NCBI GenBank assembly: GCA_030770535.1
Contig: JASVEC010000024.1
Span: forward strand, 372,001-436,000
Length of the DNA stretch: 64,000 bases
Origin: Batkoa obscura
Lineage: Eukaryota
Direction: 5' to 3'
Each line of letters opens with the position of its first letter. The first letter of the stretch is position 1. The notes beneath the pieces were generated by a model. The model was not told the origin of the DNA. It did not search any database and worked only from the letters and a program-made list of their open reading frames with translations. Below are positions 41,987 to 53,979 of the stretch, in pieces. A program made the position numbers and the translations under genes.

Positions 41987-43576
41987 CTAATGCCCACCTA
42001 CTGTAGGAACAACATTATCTTTTAAAGGAATATGTTTAAGAAATAGAGTAGAGATAAAAGATAATGCAGCATAAGGGATCATAGAGAGATATAAATATTT
42101 GAAAGCGAGACAGTAAGCTTCAAAAACTAAATGCTGTTGTTGGTCTGATAATGTACGAATATTTGCAATAGAGCTTAAAATAAATTTAGGGTCAATAGTA
42201 GGAATCAATTCGGTCAATCCAGAAGCTAAACGATTGTTAAATACTGCTCCTTGAATTGCTAATCCAAACAACCCTCCTAATAAATTACTAAAATAAACCA
42301 TAGAAGTAGAAAGAGCAATGTCTTCTGTTGTTGAAGCTGCTTGTGCAACCATTACATTATTTTGATAGCATAAACCAACACCAATACCATTGATAAGTGC
42401 ATATATAATTTCTTCTGCTCGTGTTAAATCTACTCTAAAAAGAGCACCAAATAAACTAGCACCAATAACTTGGATAGCACCAGCAATAATCGAAAGGAAA
42501 CGATATTTTCCGGTTTTTGTGGTAATTGCACCAGTAACAAAATTACAAGCAACAGCACCTAATAATAAAGGTAAAAGTTCTAAACCTGCATTGGTGGCAT
42601 TTTGACCTTTTACTACTTGATAATAAATTGGTAAATAATAAATTGATACCATAAGTAATGCACCAATAAAAAAGGAAGTGATATAAGCTGAAATAGTATT
42701 ACGGTTTAAAATCCTACCAGGTACGATGGGTTCTTTAGCTACTTTAACTTCAACATATACGAAAATAATTAAAAATACTACTGCTAATACTAAAGTCACA
42801 ATAACTGGAGCTGAAATCCATTCATATTCGGCACCTCCCCAAGTAAGTCCCAATACCAAACAAATAGTAAAGCAAGTTAAAGTAAAAGCTCCAAGGAAAT
42901 CAATTCGTTTGAGCTTGTCGCTTATTTTTCCTTGTGGAATAGGAAGATCTAAAAAGAAGACTACAACTAAAATAGTTATAGCACAAATTGGGATATTGAT
43001 ATAAAATGCCCATCTCCAAGTGACATGATCTGTAAATGCACCGCCGATTAAAGGTCCAATAATTGATGCAATAGCAAAAATACCACCAGCTAAAGCTAAA
43101 AACATACCTCGTTTTCTTGGTGGAATAATATCGGACATAATAATTACTGATAAAGAATAGAGACCACCACCACCTATCCCACTAATAGCACGAAATATAA
43201 CCAAAGTAATCATATCCGGTGCTGCTCCACAGACAATGGAACCAATAGTAAATATTGATAAAGCAAATAAGACAGTATATTTACGACCAAAGATATCAGA
43301 CAGTTTACCATACAAAGGTTGAAATGCAGTTGAAGTTAATAAATAAGAAGCCGCTACCCAAGTCACTAAATCTAAAGCTCCAAATTCCGAAACTATACTC
43401 GCCATAGCAGTTGAAACAATAGTGTTGTCTAATGAAGATATAAAAATAGATAACACTAAACCAAAGATTAAGGCATTTAATTTTAAGCCTGATAGTTTGG
43501 GTTGTTCAATATTATTTCCTGTTTCAGTTGATTTTTCATTTATTGTAAAAGCATCTTCAATATTGGCAGGATCCAT
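41987..43576 (-). CDS. MFS drug:H+ antiporter-2 (DHA2, 14-TMS) transporter
   Basis: LDNTIVSTA, PLYGKLSDIFGRK (motif A), GPLIGGAFT..WRWAFYINIP and RIDFLG. Intronless. Confidence 0.93.
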   Translation of the reverse strand: MDPANIEDAFTINEKSTETGNNIEQPKLSGLKLNALIFGLVLSIFISSLDNTIVSTAMASIVSEFGALDLVTWVAASYLLTSTAFQPLYGKLSDIFGRKYTVLFALSIFTIGSIVCGAAPDMITLVIFRAISGIGGGGLYSLSVIIMSDIIPPRKRGMFLALAGGIFAIASIIGPLIGGAFTDHVTWRWAFYINIPICAITILVVVFFLDLPIPQGKISDKLKRIDFLGAFTLTCFTICLVLGLTWGGAEYEWISAPVIVTLVLAVVFLIIFVYVEVKVAKEPIVPGRILNRNTISAYITSFFIGALLMVSIYYLPIYYQVVKGQNATNAGLELLPLLLGAVACNFVTGAITTKTGKYRFLSIIAGAIQVIGASLFGALFRVDLTRAEEIIYALINGIGVGLCYQNNVMVAQAASTTEDIALSTSMVYFSNLLGGLFGLAIQGAVFNNRLASGLTELIPTIDPKFILSSIANIRTLSDQQQHLVFEAYCLAFKYLYLSMIPYAALSFISTLFLKHIPLKDNVVPTVGGH

Positions 43577-44519
43577 TTTAGTTTGATGGCTAATTTAAAA
43601 GCAAAAAGTTTACCAGTTTCAAAATCAATCTCTTTTATAGTTTTTTAATTTATATTATTAATTTTATTCTTATTGTTTTTACTTTAACATGTCAAAGGAG
43701 TTCAATTCCTGTAGAATATTTTGCTTAGAATTCCCGATAACAAGCTAATCTTAGTAAGTTTAATTAGTTGTTCTTGATTGGAGAATTTGGGGTATTAAAT
43801 TAATCAAATATCAATAAAAATAAAATAGAGTTCTATTATATTAGGCTTATTATATTTTTATTATGAATTCATTATTAATTCTTTTTATATTAAAATAGGG
43901 GATTGTATTTTTATGTAGTAATTTAGAATTGCTATTTCCAATGATCTAATATAAATATTTAATTTTTAATTAAGTTTTATCCAAATGAGTTGCGTTAATT
44001 AACTTATTCCTTAAGTTTATCCCTTTAAATTACCCTTGTATTTCAAATAGTCGCTTTAGATTAACAATAATTTTATGCATCAACTGTGTTTTTTATATTT
44101 ATTTATAGTAGGTTGTAATATATTTTATTTAACATAAAAAAGAACATTTTGGGTGATAATTGAATATTTCTAAAAATAAAATATCTCAATACTTTAACCA
44201 TTTTTGTCTATTTTCTGAAAACATACTTATTCCTGTGAACAAGTAATGAATTTATCTTAAAGAAAAGCTAAAGAAATTTCATTAATAAGACTCAATTGAA
44301 GATTTCTAATGAAAACGATAAAATGGCGGCCCATTGGAAGTCGTTGCATTTTTTGGTGGTAACTTTAATCGAATGCTCATCCTCTTATTTAATCAGAGCC
44401 ATCCATTTCAAGAAAAGAACCTAAATAGGGATTTTTATGTTTTGTAATTTTATAATCAAGTAAATTATTAAATCAATTATCAGAAAATGTACTATGGCAA
44501 AAATCTAACAAAAGAACTA

Positions 44520-45226
44520 CCTTCAATATAATTCCTTCTTTAAGCATTTAGTATATAAGTTGAACAATTTCCCTAACATTTAATATTACTAATATGGTCC
44601 ATGTATTTACTCAAATTACAATATTCCAATTGACTTTGGCTATTTATAGACAAAAAGCATAAAGTTTCTAGACAAAAATAAAGATTGATGTTAGTTGATA
44701 CAAGATGATTTCCAACTAGATGGTTTTTATCTTTTAATTCAATATTAAGGTAACTTAATGAAGGTCCGAATAATTCACAAACTTTAGCTTCCATCTTTTA
44801 TCATAGGAATTATACCCAAGATAAGGCATTGAAGTTAGTACAATTATTGGAGAGATGTAAGATTCAGCAAAGAAGAGGTATTAATGAATTTTAGATCTTT
44901 CTTTAGTATTATTACCCAATAATGCGCTATTTTTCTTTTTGTAAGTTGTATGTGATAGCATAGTTGCAGACTCTGTTAACATTATACCATCTTTAGTTTC
45001 AAAAGCTGGAGTTTGGCCCAATGGGGATTTTGTTAAATATTTGGAAGTTATGTTGTTTATACCAAATAAAAAATTGGGGCAAGAATCTATTTCAATTTCA
45101 TTAAGTCTAACGATTGCGATAATTTTTCTATTCGAGAATTTTTTAGTTCTTCGTATAAACGCTATAAAGCATTATATGTATAATAACATAAATATAGTGT
45201 ACTAAACTTACACCGACTGATACCAT
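44520..45226 (-). pseudogene. GST / eEF1B-gamma N-terminal-like pseudogene (copy 1)
   Basis: YLTKSPLGQTPAFETKDGIMLTESA, a frameshift, then LLGNNTKERSKIH*YLFFAE...HLVGNHL. In-frame TAA at 44881-44883. Confidence 0.7.
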
Positions 45227-45646
45227 AGCTGATTAATAATTAAAACCTCCATCTAATTAGTTATTTTAACTACTATTTATACTTACTTTATTGATAGTTA
45301 ATTCAAGTAAATTAAAGGTATGAAATATTAAAATTGGACTAGGTTGTTTTACTATCCAGTTGTTTTATCAATAAAGATTAAAATGAGGCTTTATTATATC
45401 ATCAACATAAAATTCAAAAGGTTGTTCATAATATCAATATAAGTTAACTCATATCTACACTATAAGCCATAGTTCAGTCTAATAATTTAATAAATTTTAT
45501 TATAAGGTTGAATGTTTGAACATATCAAAGCTCCTATTTTTCTTTTTTATCTTAGTTGCTCTTTAATAAATACGGAAAGCATTCGATTTTGTTAGTAAAT
45601 CCTTGAATGAAAACATATTTTAAAAAAGTCTTATCAAATATTATAT

Positions 45647-45745
45647 GAGTATGTATTTTTTTTTGTTTAAGAATTTTACTGATAGCCTTTCCACCGAAAT
45701 AACGCTTAAAAATGGAAGAAATAATGAAACTAAAAAAATACCCCC
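45647..45745. mobile_element. MITE (Sola-like family)
   Basis: ATAT|GAGTATGTATTTT...AAATACCCCC|ATAT. Confidence 0.85.
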
Positions 45746-46165
45746 ATATGGTATTTCTTACTATCTAAGTTGCGGTTTTTGTTAAAATCCTTCCCCGGTT
45801 CCCCAACAACTATTTTCTAGATTTTTGTTTTGTATTAGATCTTTTCATATCGTGACTGCCTTTTTTTGTTTCATTTCTTAAACAAAAAGAAATTAGAAAA
45901 TATTGGCTGAATGCTAAGCAAGAAAAGTTGACAATTAGTAAGAAATTATATGTTACATCCATAGGTTGAGGAATTGGAGATAAACGCACTGTCTCAGGAA
46001 ACCAAAAATTGTTTATTTTTCAAGACTGCAACTTTTTAACAATATAGCTTAACAATCAATTAAAAACGGATGGGTTTTTTAAATTATAAACCTGGTAAAT
46101 AATGTGTTCGGATCTTGAGCTTAAAATTAAAAAATTAGTTAAAATTAAAAAACATTTAATTATAT

Positions 46166-46258
46166 GAGGATGTTTTTTTTGATTTCATCACTTTTATATC
46201 TTTTAAGACCTATTTAAGTGGAAAGATTGTTAGTAAAATTCTCAAAAAATACATCCCC
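46166..46258. mobile_element. MITE (Sola-like family)
   Basis: ATAT|GAGGATGTTTT...ATACATCCCC|ATAT. Confidence 0.85.
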
Positions 46259-47391
46259 ATATAACGTTTTTAAAGTATATTCTTATAATAAGAATTTTAT
46301 TATTTTTAGAAATTACTTATATATCAGGATAAAATAATAGTTTATTTATTTATGATTTATATCTGCAACTTAATTTAAACTTTTATTTTATTCTGATATA
46401 TAATTTCTAACTCATATAACCCTTTTTCTGTTGGAATTATCGCTTTCCTGCTAACGACTCTGGATTTGCTTCAATCTTACTGTTTATATTGAAGAATTCT
46501 TTCGAATTTTTTGTACTTTTCTACTATCTTTTTTGTGTAGCCAATCCTTTTACATTAATAGTTTCCTTTAACCTCTTTTTTGAGAAATAAACCCCTTAGC
46601 AATATTATAAGTAATATAATGTATATAGGTTGTTTTTTCTGTAGACAATCCTTGTTTGATGACCATTACATACAAATACATTTCATCTTATTCTTGAAGA
46701 CACACTTCTCCAGCTCTTATATTTCCTTTAGTTTTTTTCTCTTGATTAACAATGATTTTTTCGAAACCGCAACTTATAGATAACTCATTATTACCTTCCC
46801 TTGTACTCTTTTTCTATTTAATTAATAGCTTCAATAAACTCCTTTTAGCTTTTTTCTCAATTTTATAATATGACTGTTGATTACTATTGATTTGTTTATT
46901 ACTTACCTTTTTACCCATTAAGATTTAAAATTAAAATGGAATGAAACGTAATTTAAACTAAACACTAATGTTTTAATTTTGACATTAAGTAAAAAAATTT
47001 AAATATTTTAAACTATGTTTTGCTTCTTACCTGATGGAATACTATGTTATCTTTCCAATTTTATAAAGTCTGAAGTCCTAAGCTTTGTACATTTGCTTTT
47101 TTTGTTAACAATTATAACAAAAACAATAGTAACTTAAGCAATAATCTTAAATCATTGTTAACTATTTTATCTTTACTTCTTTCTAGGAATCTCTCTCTAA
47201 ATAGCAATACTTCACTAAATATACTAATAATAAATCGCAACATCCTTTTGTCTTACTATGTCGACGGTCTTTTGTCTATAAGATTAACATCTTATATTAT
47301 TAAATACTGGAACTAGAAAGATATTTCTATATGCAATAAAGCCTAAAAAAATTATAATCATAAAAATCAGACTGTTTCGAAAGCAATATAA

Positions 47392-47489
47392 GGGGATGTA
47401 TTTTTGTGTTTAAGAATTTTACTAATAGTTTTTCCACTCAAATAGCGCTTAAAAGATGGAAAAAGTAATGAAACCAAAAAAACACCCCC
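47392..47489. mobile_element. MITE (Sola-like family) with ATAA target duplication
   Basis: ATAA|GGGGATGTATTTT...AAACACCCCC|ATAA. Confidence 0.9.
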
Positions 47490-47499
47490 ATAAATTAAA

Positions 47500-48245
47500 A
47501 TAAATCCAATTTTGTTTAATGTAAACTCCTCCTTGCTCTTTTTGGATAAATTTAGGATACTTGTCCAAATATTTATTACCCCCTAGTAACTTCTAATCTT
47601 TGACATATTATCCAGAATGCTCATATACCTACTAAAATCAGGATATTTCTTACGATCCTGTTTACTTAATAGGAATGTAGTATTTCCTAACATAAATAAA
47701 GATTAATACCCATTATAGTGATCTGATTTCCGATTAAATATGTTTCCCAATTAATTCATTATTAGGGTAATTTAGTAAATACTCAATTTGCTTATAATTT
47801 TTAGTTTGTAATGCTTCATCATATTCCCTATAACCAACATAAGGTAATAAAATTGGAATGAAAATTTGAGAAATGAGAAATTCAGCAAAAAACAGATATC
47901 AATGAATTTTGAATGTTTCATTCGCATTTGGACCTAACAATGGGTTGTTTTCTTTTTGGGATGCTATATACAATGGTATTGCTGCTAATTTTGTTAATAT
48001 CAAACTATATTTGGTTTCAAATGCTGAGGTATGGCTTAAAGGAATGTTTTTACATATCCAGGAGTTCTGTTGTTTGTACCAAATAAAAAGTTGGGATCAA
48101 AGTCAATTTCTATTTCACATAGTTTGACAATGACTAAAGATTTGTACACTCGAAAGTTTTTTTAGATCCGTATAAACACTATAAAACTTATTAAATAAAA
48201 TACTATAAATAAAACAATACTATAATTACCTTCAATTGATATCAT
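47500..48245 (-). pseudogene. GST / eEF1B-gamma N-terminal-like pseudogene (copy 2)
   Basis: EIEIDFDPNFLFGTNNRT (copy 1: EIEIDSCPNFLFGINNIT), SAFETK and LLGPNANETFKIH*YLFFAE. Several frameshifts and stops. Confidence 0.7.
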
Positions 48246-49321
48246 TGTTACATTAGTAGTTAAAATCAAACTGAATCATAGTATTTTGGTAGATATTTAT
48301 ACTTATTTGATTATTGGTTGATGTAAATTAAGTATATAACAAAATAAATTTTAACAAGGTCATCATCATCATCTTGTTTTAAAAAGCTCGATGAGGTTTT
48401 ATCATTATTATAAAATGTAGTTAGAAAGTTTATTAAGATATCAACGCAAGTTGACCTGTATCTAAATAGCAAGCTGTAGTTTATACTGACTATTTGATAA
48501 AAACTAGTCCATGACTAGCTGAATATATCGAAATGTCTGTTTTTGTTTCTTTATTTCATGTATTATGAAATATAAAATCTATATTATTGTTAGTTAAATC
48601 CTTAAAACACATCACAAATTATTTTTAAATTGACATACAATTATTATCTACTGTTCAAGTTTTGAGTTGAAAAAACATTGTTCCAGATTTTAAGCAAATA
48701 TTATCAGCTTTGAGAGCTTTGTATAGAACTCCTTGATGTCTTTCAAAATATCATAGTTTGCACTACTGAAATAAAGTCTGAGCAAATTATTTACTTTGTC
48801 ACTGCTACATTCATTTAATATAAAATGATGAAAAACAAAATGATTAGAATAAAAGTATTAAAAAAAATAGCAAATTACAAAGTTTGCCTACACTTAAGTT
48901 ATTTTAGCAATATAAAATAAAAATTAGTGAATAGCTGTTAAATTCGGAAATTCAAATTAGAACTTAAATAGAAAATGCTATATTAAAATTGATAAAGTGA
49001 TGTTATACTTCTCAATTTTGTGTTCTTCATCTAATAGCTCCATAAATAAATTATTATTTTACCATCATCTCTTCTTGATTGCCTGTACTACCCCTCTTTT
49101 TGGAATCCACCCCTTCAACTAAATTTTCATAACTCCTCTTACTCATTTCATTATGGCTCTCTTATGGAACAAATCGCTACCCGACTTAGGTAAAGATCAA
49201 AGAAAACATAAACCATTGTAGTAAACTACATGTGTTTTCAAACAAAAAGTAAAAGAATCAAAATAATTAATTAAAATATAAGTTTATTAATATACAATAA
49301 CAATTAGATTGAGAGAGAGAA

Positions 49322-50980
49322 TTAATGTTTTTTACTTTCGAGCTTTAACTCACCTTGTAAAATTAAGTTTTCTCCTTCATGCTTGAGCTCTTCTTTATGC
49401 AATAACTTTCCTAATAATACTTTAGCTTTTCCTTTGAGTTTATCAGTGTGACCACCTGAATTTCTTTTGTCATTTGGATCATGGCCATCAACATGATGAT
49501 CCTTATTACCTATAGCGCTATGATCTTTAGTATTTGTAACTTTGTTTTCAGTTCTTAACACACTGGTTTCTTTGTGATCTAGATTTACATTGTTATTTAA
49601 TGGATTGGCTTTAGCAACATCATCTGGTTTTGTTCCAACATGAATAGGGTCATTAGTGGCAATATCATCTATATTACATTTACCATTATCATTTAAAGCC
49701 CCATCTTTGGTACCATGTAACTTAGCATCATGAGCTTTGTTATCATGTACTGTAGTATTGTGCAATTTATTATCATGTACTTTAGTAGTATCCGATTCAG
49801 GATTAGGTACATTTGAGCTAGCAATAAGAGGATTGACGCTAGAAACTGCAGTTCCAGTTCCAGCAATTGCAGCAGATGGGATAATAGAATGCTTTACTTT
49901 ACTATTATGACTCTCTTGATGAATACCATGAGCATGGCTATCATGTCTCAAATCATGACTATCTTTCTCATGCTTTAATGTGTGACCATGTTTGTTATGG
50001 GTTGAATCATGTTGTACCTTTGAAGCATCAGGGTAATGAGTATCAATTATACCAGGCATTGGAGTCGCTGCTAAACCGGTTAACTTTTTTTCACCAGTAT
50101 GGATATGAGGATGAGATTTATGTTCATCATCGTTAACATTATTAGTACCTGTAATTGATACATGATGTTTATTATCAAGATCTCCATTTGAATTAACTGA
50201 GTAATTAGTATCTCTTACACCGTTATTTAAATGATGATCTTCTGTACTATTATTATGAAATTTGTCACTGGTATTGTTTAATGCTGGATTATTATGCTCA
50301 AATGGCTGGTTTTTGAACTCTTCGTTTGTAATATCTTCTGGGATTGGCTTAAAATTATTAGAGGTAACACCGTTATTATTTAAGTTGTCATGATGGCCAG
50401 CAGTGTTAGAAATACTATTTAAATTACCATGAGTATTAGACGTAGCCCCAATGTTGTTTAAATTGTTATGGTTATCAGCAGTAACAAGGTTACTATTTAA
50501 ATTTTTCTGGTTAGAAGTAGTAGAATTACTATTTAAGTTGTCATGGTGATTAATAGTAGAAGGAATGCCGTTTAAATCGCTATTATGATTATTTTTATCA
50601 AGGTTGATATTTAAATTAGTACGGTTATCACCAGTGGTAGTAAAACTATTTGATTTGTTATGTTGATTGCTATTAGTGGTGCTATCTAAATTGATATGAT
50701 GGTTAGTAGGAGAAAGTTTACTATTTAAATTATGATGATTAGTAGTAGCGGTGGTAGGATTGTTACTTAAATTAGCATCTTCATTACCAGTAATACGGTT
50801 ATCACTTAAACTAAGATTATCATTATTTAAAGCTCCATAGTTACCAGTAGTAGTAGTAGTAGTACCATTTAAACCATCGGTATGACCGAATGCAGAATTT
50901 GTGGTGTTAGAAATATTATCTTTAGGATATTCCGAGTTAAGGTGGTGGCTTTGAGTGTTGTTATTTTCTGTAAGATTCAT
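49322..50980 (-). CDS. Asn/His-rich intrinsically disordered hydrophilin with a CsbD-like C-terminal helix
   Basis: 552-aa intronless ORF with repeated HxNLN units. The C-terminus DKLKGKAKVLLGKLLHKEELKHEGE resembles CsbD-like stress-protein tails. Confidence 0.75.
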   Translation of the reverse strand: MNLTENNNTQSHHLNSEYPKDNISNTTNSAFGHTDGLNGTTTTTTGNYGALNNDNLSLSDNRITGNEDANLSNNPTTATTNHHNLNSKLSPTNHHINLDSTTNSNQHNKSNSFTTTGDNRTNLNINLDKNNHNSDLNGIPSTINHHDNLNSNSTTSNQKNLNSNLVTADNHNNLNNIGATSNTHGNLNSISNTAGHHDNLNNNGVTSNNFKPIPEDITNEEFKNQPFEHNNPALNNTSDKFHNNSTEDHHLNNGVRDTNYSVNSNGDLDNKHHVSITGTNNVNDDEHKSHPHIHTGEKKLTGLAATPMPGIIDTHYPDASKVQHDSTHNKHGHTLKHEKDSHDLRHDSHAHGIHQESHNSKVKHSIIPSAAIAGTGTAVSSVNPLIASSNVPNPESDTTKVHDNKLHNTTVHDNKAHDAKLHGTKDGALNDNGKCNIDDIATNDPIHVGTKPDDVAKANPLNNNVNLDHKETSVLRTENKVTNTKDHSAIGNKDHHVDGHDPNDKRNSGGHTDKLKGKAKVLLGKLLHKEELKHEGENLILQGELKLESKKH

Positions 50981-51021
50981 TTTGATTATTTATTTTTTAT
51001 AAAGTATGCAATGCCCATTTG

Positions 51022-51062
51022 TTTATATACTATAGTTTTAGACATTCAATTTTATGACGTAA
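51022..51062 (-). promoter_or_regulatory. CRE-like site (TTACGTCA) plus TATA box of the 552-aa hydrophilin gene
   Basis: Minus strand TTACGTCA at 51062-51055, 25-bp spacer, TATATAAA at 51029-51022. Confidence 0.6.
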
Positions 51063-52274
51063 CTGAATGCGATCAGAGTTTAGATAGATGTAAAAATGAC
51101 CTCATTTTTTAAAAGATTATTGAGTTTATGTAAGTTGATAATGTTATTTAATGGATGATTATTCTCATTACAATAACTATTACAAAAGTTTGTGATTTTA
51201 ATTGATGAATTTGTATCAGTATATTATTTTTATTACAATGCTGTTTTGAATAAAGCTTATTAGTCTAAATTTTATATTATATTATTTTAATATCGAACTA
51301 CTAATATAAAAATAGTAGTAATTAAAGGCCTGTCAATGACAAATATGAGCTTGTCTAAAGATATCAAAATTTTACGCCAGTAAAAAACCTGATATTTACA
51401 ACTTATGACTACTTCATTACTTATATTATATCAATCAAAACTTTATATTTTTAATATTTTTGTTTATTTTTAAACTTTAACCTTAAATTTAAAAATTCGG
51501 TTTTATTACCAATTATGAGATCACTTTAATTATTTTGTTAAAAATGTTTTAGATCATTTTAATTTTAAATTTCTAATTTACTATAAATATTTTGTTGTTA
51601 CAAAAGGGCTAATATGATTGGTTCTTTCATGATTTTAAATGTTTATTAAAAATAAGAGTATAATATTGTTTTATAAGTAATAATTCTATTTTAATATAAA
51701 TTTTTATCTAGAATGTAGCTTCAAAGTGTAAGTCAAAAGTTTTATACTCTTTTTTTTTTCATTGTAAAGTGTTTATAAAGGATACAACATCTGCTTTTAT
51801 TAAATAAACTAGTATACATTAATATTGATTTTTTGTATCCTGCTATAATTTATATTTCCGTTTGATGATTTTTTAGTAAATAAAGTTTTAAAAAAGATTT
51901 AGAGTTCAAATTTACCTCAAATTACATACTTTCTATTAATTTACTGTAGATAAAAACAGTTTTGAGGGTTATTAAGGGGATGAGACAAGATATATCAACT
52001 GTTTAAACAAGGTCAACTTTTTCTAACAAAAACCGTGTAAATAAAACCTCTGAATACTTCCAAGCTCCAATTTGGTCATTTTTAGTAAATGGTTCTTATT
52101 TTCTTATCGTACGATGTATATTCTAAGTTTTACTAGAAAATTCAAATTGTAGATCTGAAACTATATTTGTATATTTAGGTTTTAAGAACTTGTTAAAAAT
52201 CCATATTACCTGTGTTTTTCTCGAAAAGTTTTCAAATAGAACATTGACACATCATTTCTTTTCGATGAGATCCG

Positions 52275-52315
52275 TGACATCATCATGATGAATCAAAAAT
52301 ATTAGAGTATATAAA
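52275..52315 (+). promoter_or_regulatory. CRE-like site (TGACATCA) plus TATA box
   Basis: TGACATCA at 52275-52282, 25-bp spacer, TATATAAA at 52308-52315. Confidence 0.6.
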
Positions 52316-52357
52316 CAGAATGTAAATGTGTTAGAAGGTAAATAAAATAAAAACAAC

Positions 52358-53443
52358 ATGTATAGTGAAAATCAAGATCAATTAAATTACACTCATAACA
52401 AGGATTCTAATTTGAATAACCTTGACTCCAACCAAGCCCATACCACAGGCCCCACTGTTGTAAAGAATCCCACTTATAATAACAACGTTAACTCATCCAA
52501 TACTACTGGTGTAAGTAGTAATCCAACCCACAAACAATACAATGATTTAAATTCGGTGTCATATAATCCTAATAATACCAATGACCTTAATAATCTTAAT
52601 ACTGCCACTGCCACTGCCGCGAGTGGTAAACCAAGTAACAACCATCTCAACAATTTGAATTCAGAGACATACAATAGTAATACTGTTAACACCAGTACCA
52701 CCAACCATAGTTATACCCCAAGCGAGACCCAGAATAGCACCACGTTTAATAACTCTAGTAATAACCCCGGATTAAGCAATAACCTTGATAATTCCTTTGG
52801 CGCCAATAAGTATAATAGCCAATACAGTAATAACAATGAAACTTACGATCATGACCGTGTTAATCCTAATACCAATATCCATTCTATCAATAATCAAGCC
52901 CATGGAAATAATACTTTAGCTGATCCTATTAATGATCATAGTAGAGTCAATAATAATCTTGACCATTCTAATCCTGGCGATAAGCATCATAATAACCACT
53001 CTAATCATGGCAAAACTCATGGAACAGCACTAGGTAGCATGGCTATTGCTATGGGTGCTAATTCGGCAGATATGGCTTGTGTTATGGCATCTCAAGAAGA
53101 AAGCAGACAGCATGAAAATCAACTCAATGATTTTAATCAAACTCATCCAAATCAACAACATAATGATTTGAATCAAACTCATGGTAATACTCATACTACT
53201 CAATCACATAACATGAACCATAGTAATTTAAATAAACATGACAATAGTTTAAATCAAACTCACAACAATAACCTAAATCAGACTCATCCAAATCAACAAT
53301 ATAATGATTTGAATCAAACCCATAGTAATACTCATACTACACAACCACACCACAAGGTAGATCACAGTGATACTAAAGATCATAAGGAGGGCGGTATTAA
53401 AGAAAAAGTGAAGCATGCTATTGATAAAGTATTTCACCATTAA
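52358..53443 (+). CDS. Asn/His-rich hydrophilin, dehydrin/LEA-like (paralog A)
   Basis: Low-complexity N/H/T/S ORF; ends in an amphipathic K-segment-like EGGIKEKVKHAIDKVFHH; internal NQTHPNQQxNDLNQTH repeat. Confidence 0.75.
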   Translation: MYSENQDQLNYTHNKDSNLNNLDSNQAHTTGPTVVKNPTYNNNVNSSNTTGVSSNPTHKQYNDLNSVSYNPNNTNDLNNLNTATATAASGKPSNNHLNNLNSETYNSNTVNTSTTNHSYTPSETQNSTTFNNSSNNPGLSNNLDNSFGANKYNSQYSNNNETYDHDRVNPNTNIHSINNQAHGNNTLADPINDHSRVNNNLDHSNPGDKHHNNHSNHGKTHGTALGSMAIAMGANSADMACVMASQEESRQHENQLNDFNQTHPNQQHNDLNQTHGNTHTTQSHNMNHSNLNKHDNSLNQTHNNNLNQTHPNQQYNDLNQTHSNTHTTQPHHKVDHSDTKDHKEGGIKEKVKHAIDKVFHH

Positions 53444-53979
53444 GTTTAAGTTTTTGTAAATAAATAATTTATGCTGTAATTTTGTTTTTAGTTTTTATTA
53501 TAATTTTAATCATATTTTTATAATTGAAGCAATAATACAGCTAAATATTCTGTCTGTGTTCTTTATCAGTTTTTCTACTCAATAGTGCTTAAAATAAGGA
53601 AGAATAAATTAAAATGAAAAAGTTATAATCCTATTTTTTATTTTAGTTTAAAATGGTCCCTATAAATTTTAAGTTATTGAGACGATAGGTAGCCATTTAT
53701 CAGCTGTCTAAACAAGGTACATTTTTAATAATGAAAACTAAAATAACAATATCTTATCATGTTTTCCTCATTAAACCCTCAGTTATCTTTAACTATTCAA
53801 GGTTCTTATCATTTTTATCGTATGATTGTTATTTCAATTCTACTGAAAGATAAAAATCCTTGATTTAGAACTCCATATTTTTTGTATTGTTGAGTTTCTT
53901 ATGTTTCATGTATTTTTCATGATAATAAGCTTTTAGAAAAAATAGTGACACATCATTCTCATTTTTTTGAAAAAAATCG

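Noticed and set aside
41987..43576. Horizontal transfer from bacteria for intronless genes (MFS, GNA1, JmjC)
   Set aside because: The sequences look like ordinary fungal family members with host-like composition; lack of introns alone is not evidence.
45762..46783. Inverted match AAGTTGCGGTTT about 1 kb apart as possible TIRs
   Set aside because: Only about 12-13 bp exact, no TSD is evident, and one copy lies inside a putative ORF relic; may be chance.
44881..47901. Stop-codon reassignment (TAA/TAG as Gln) as the explanation for in-frame stops
   Set aside because: Intact conserved genes here end normally at TAA, TAG and TGA and have no internal stops; the affected loci also carry frameshifts.
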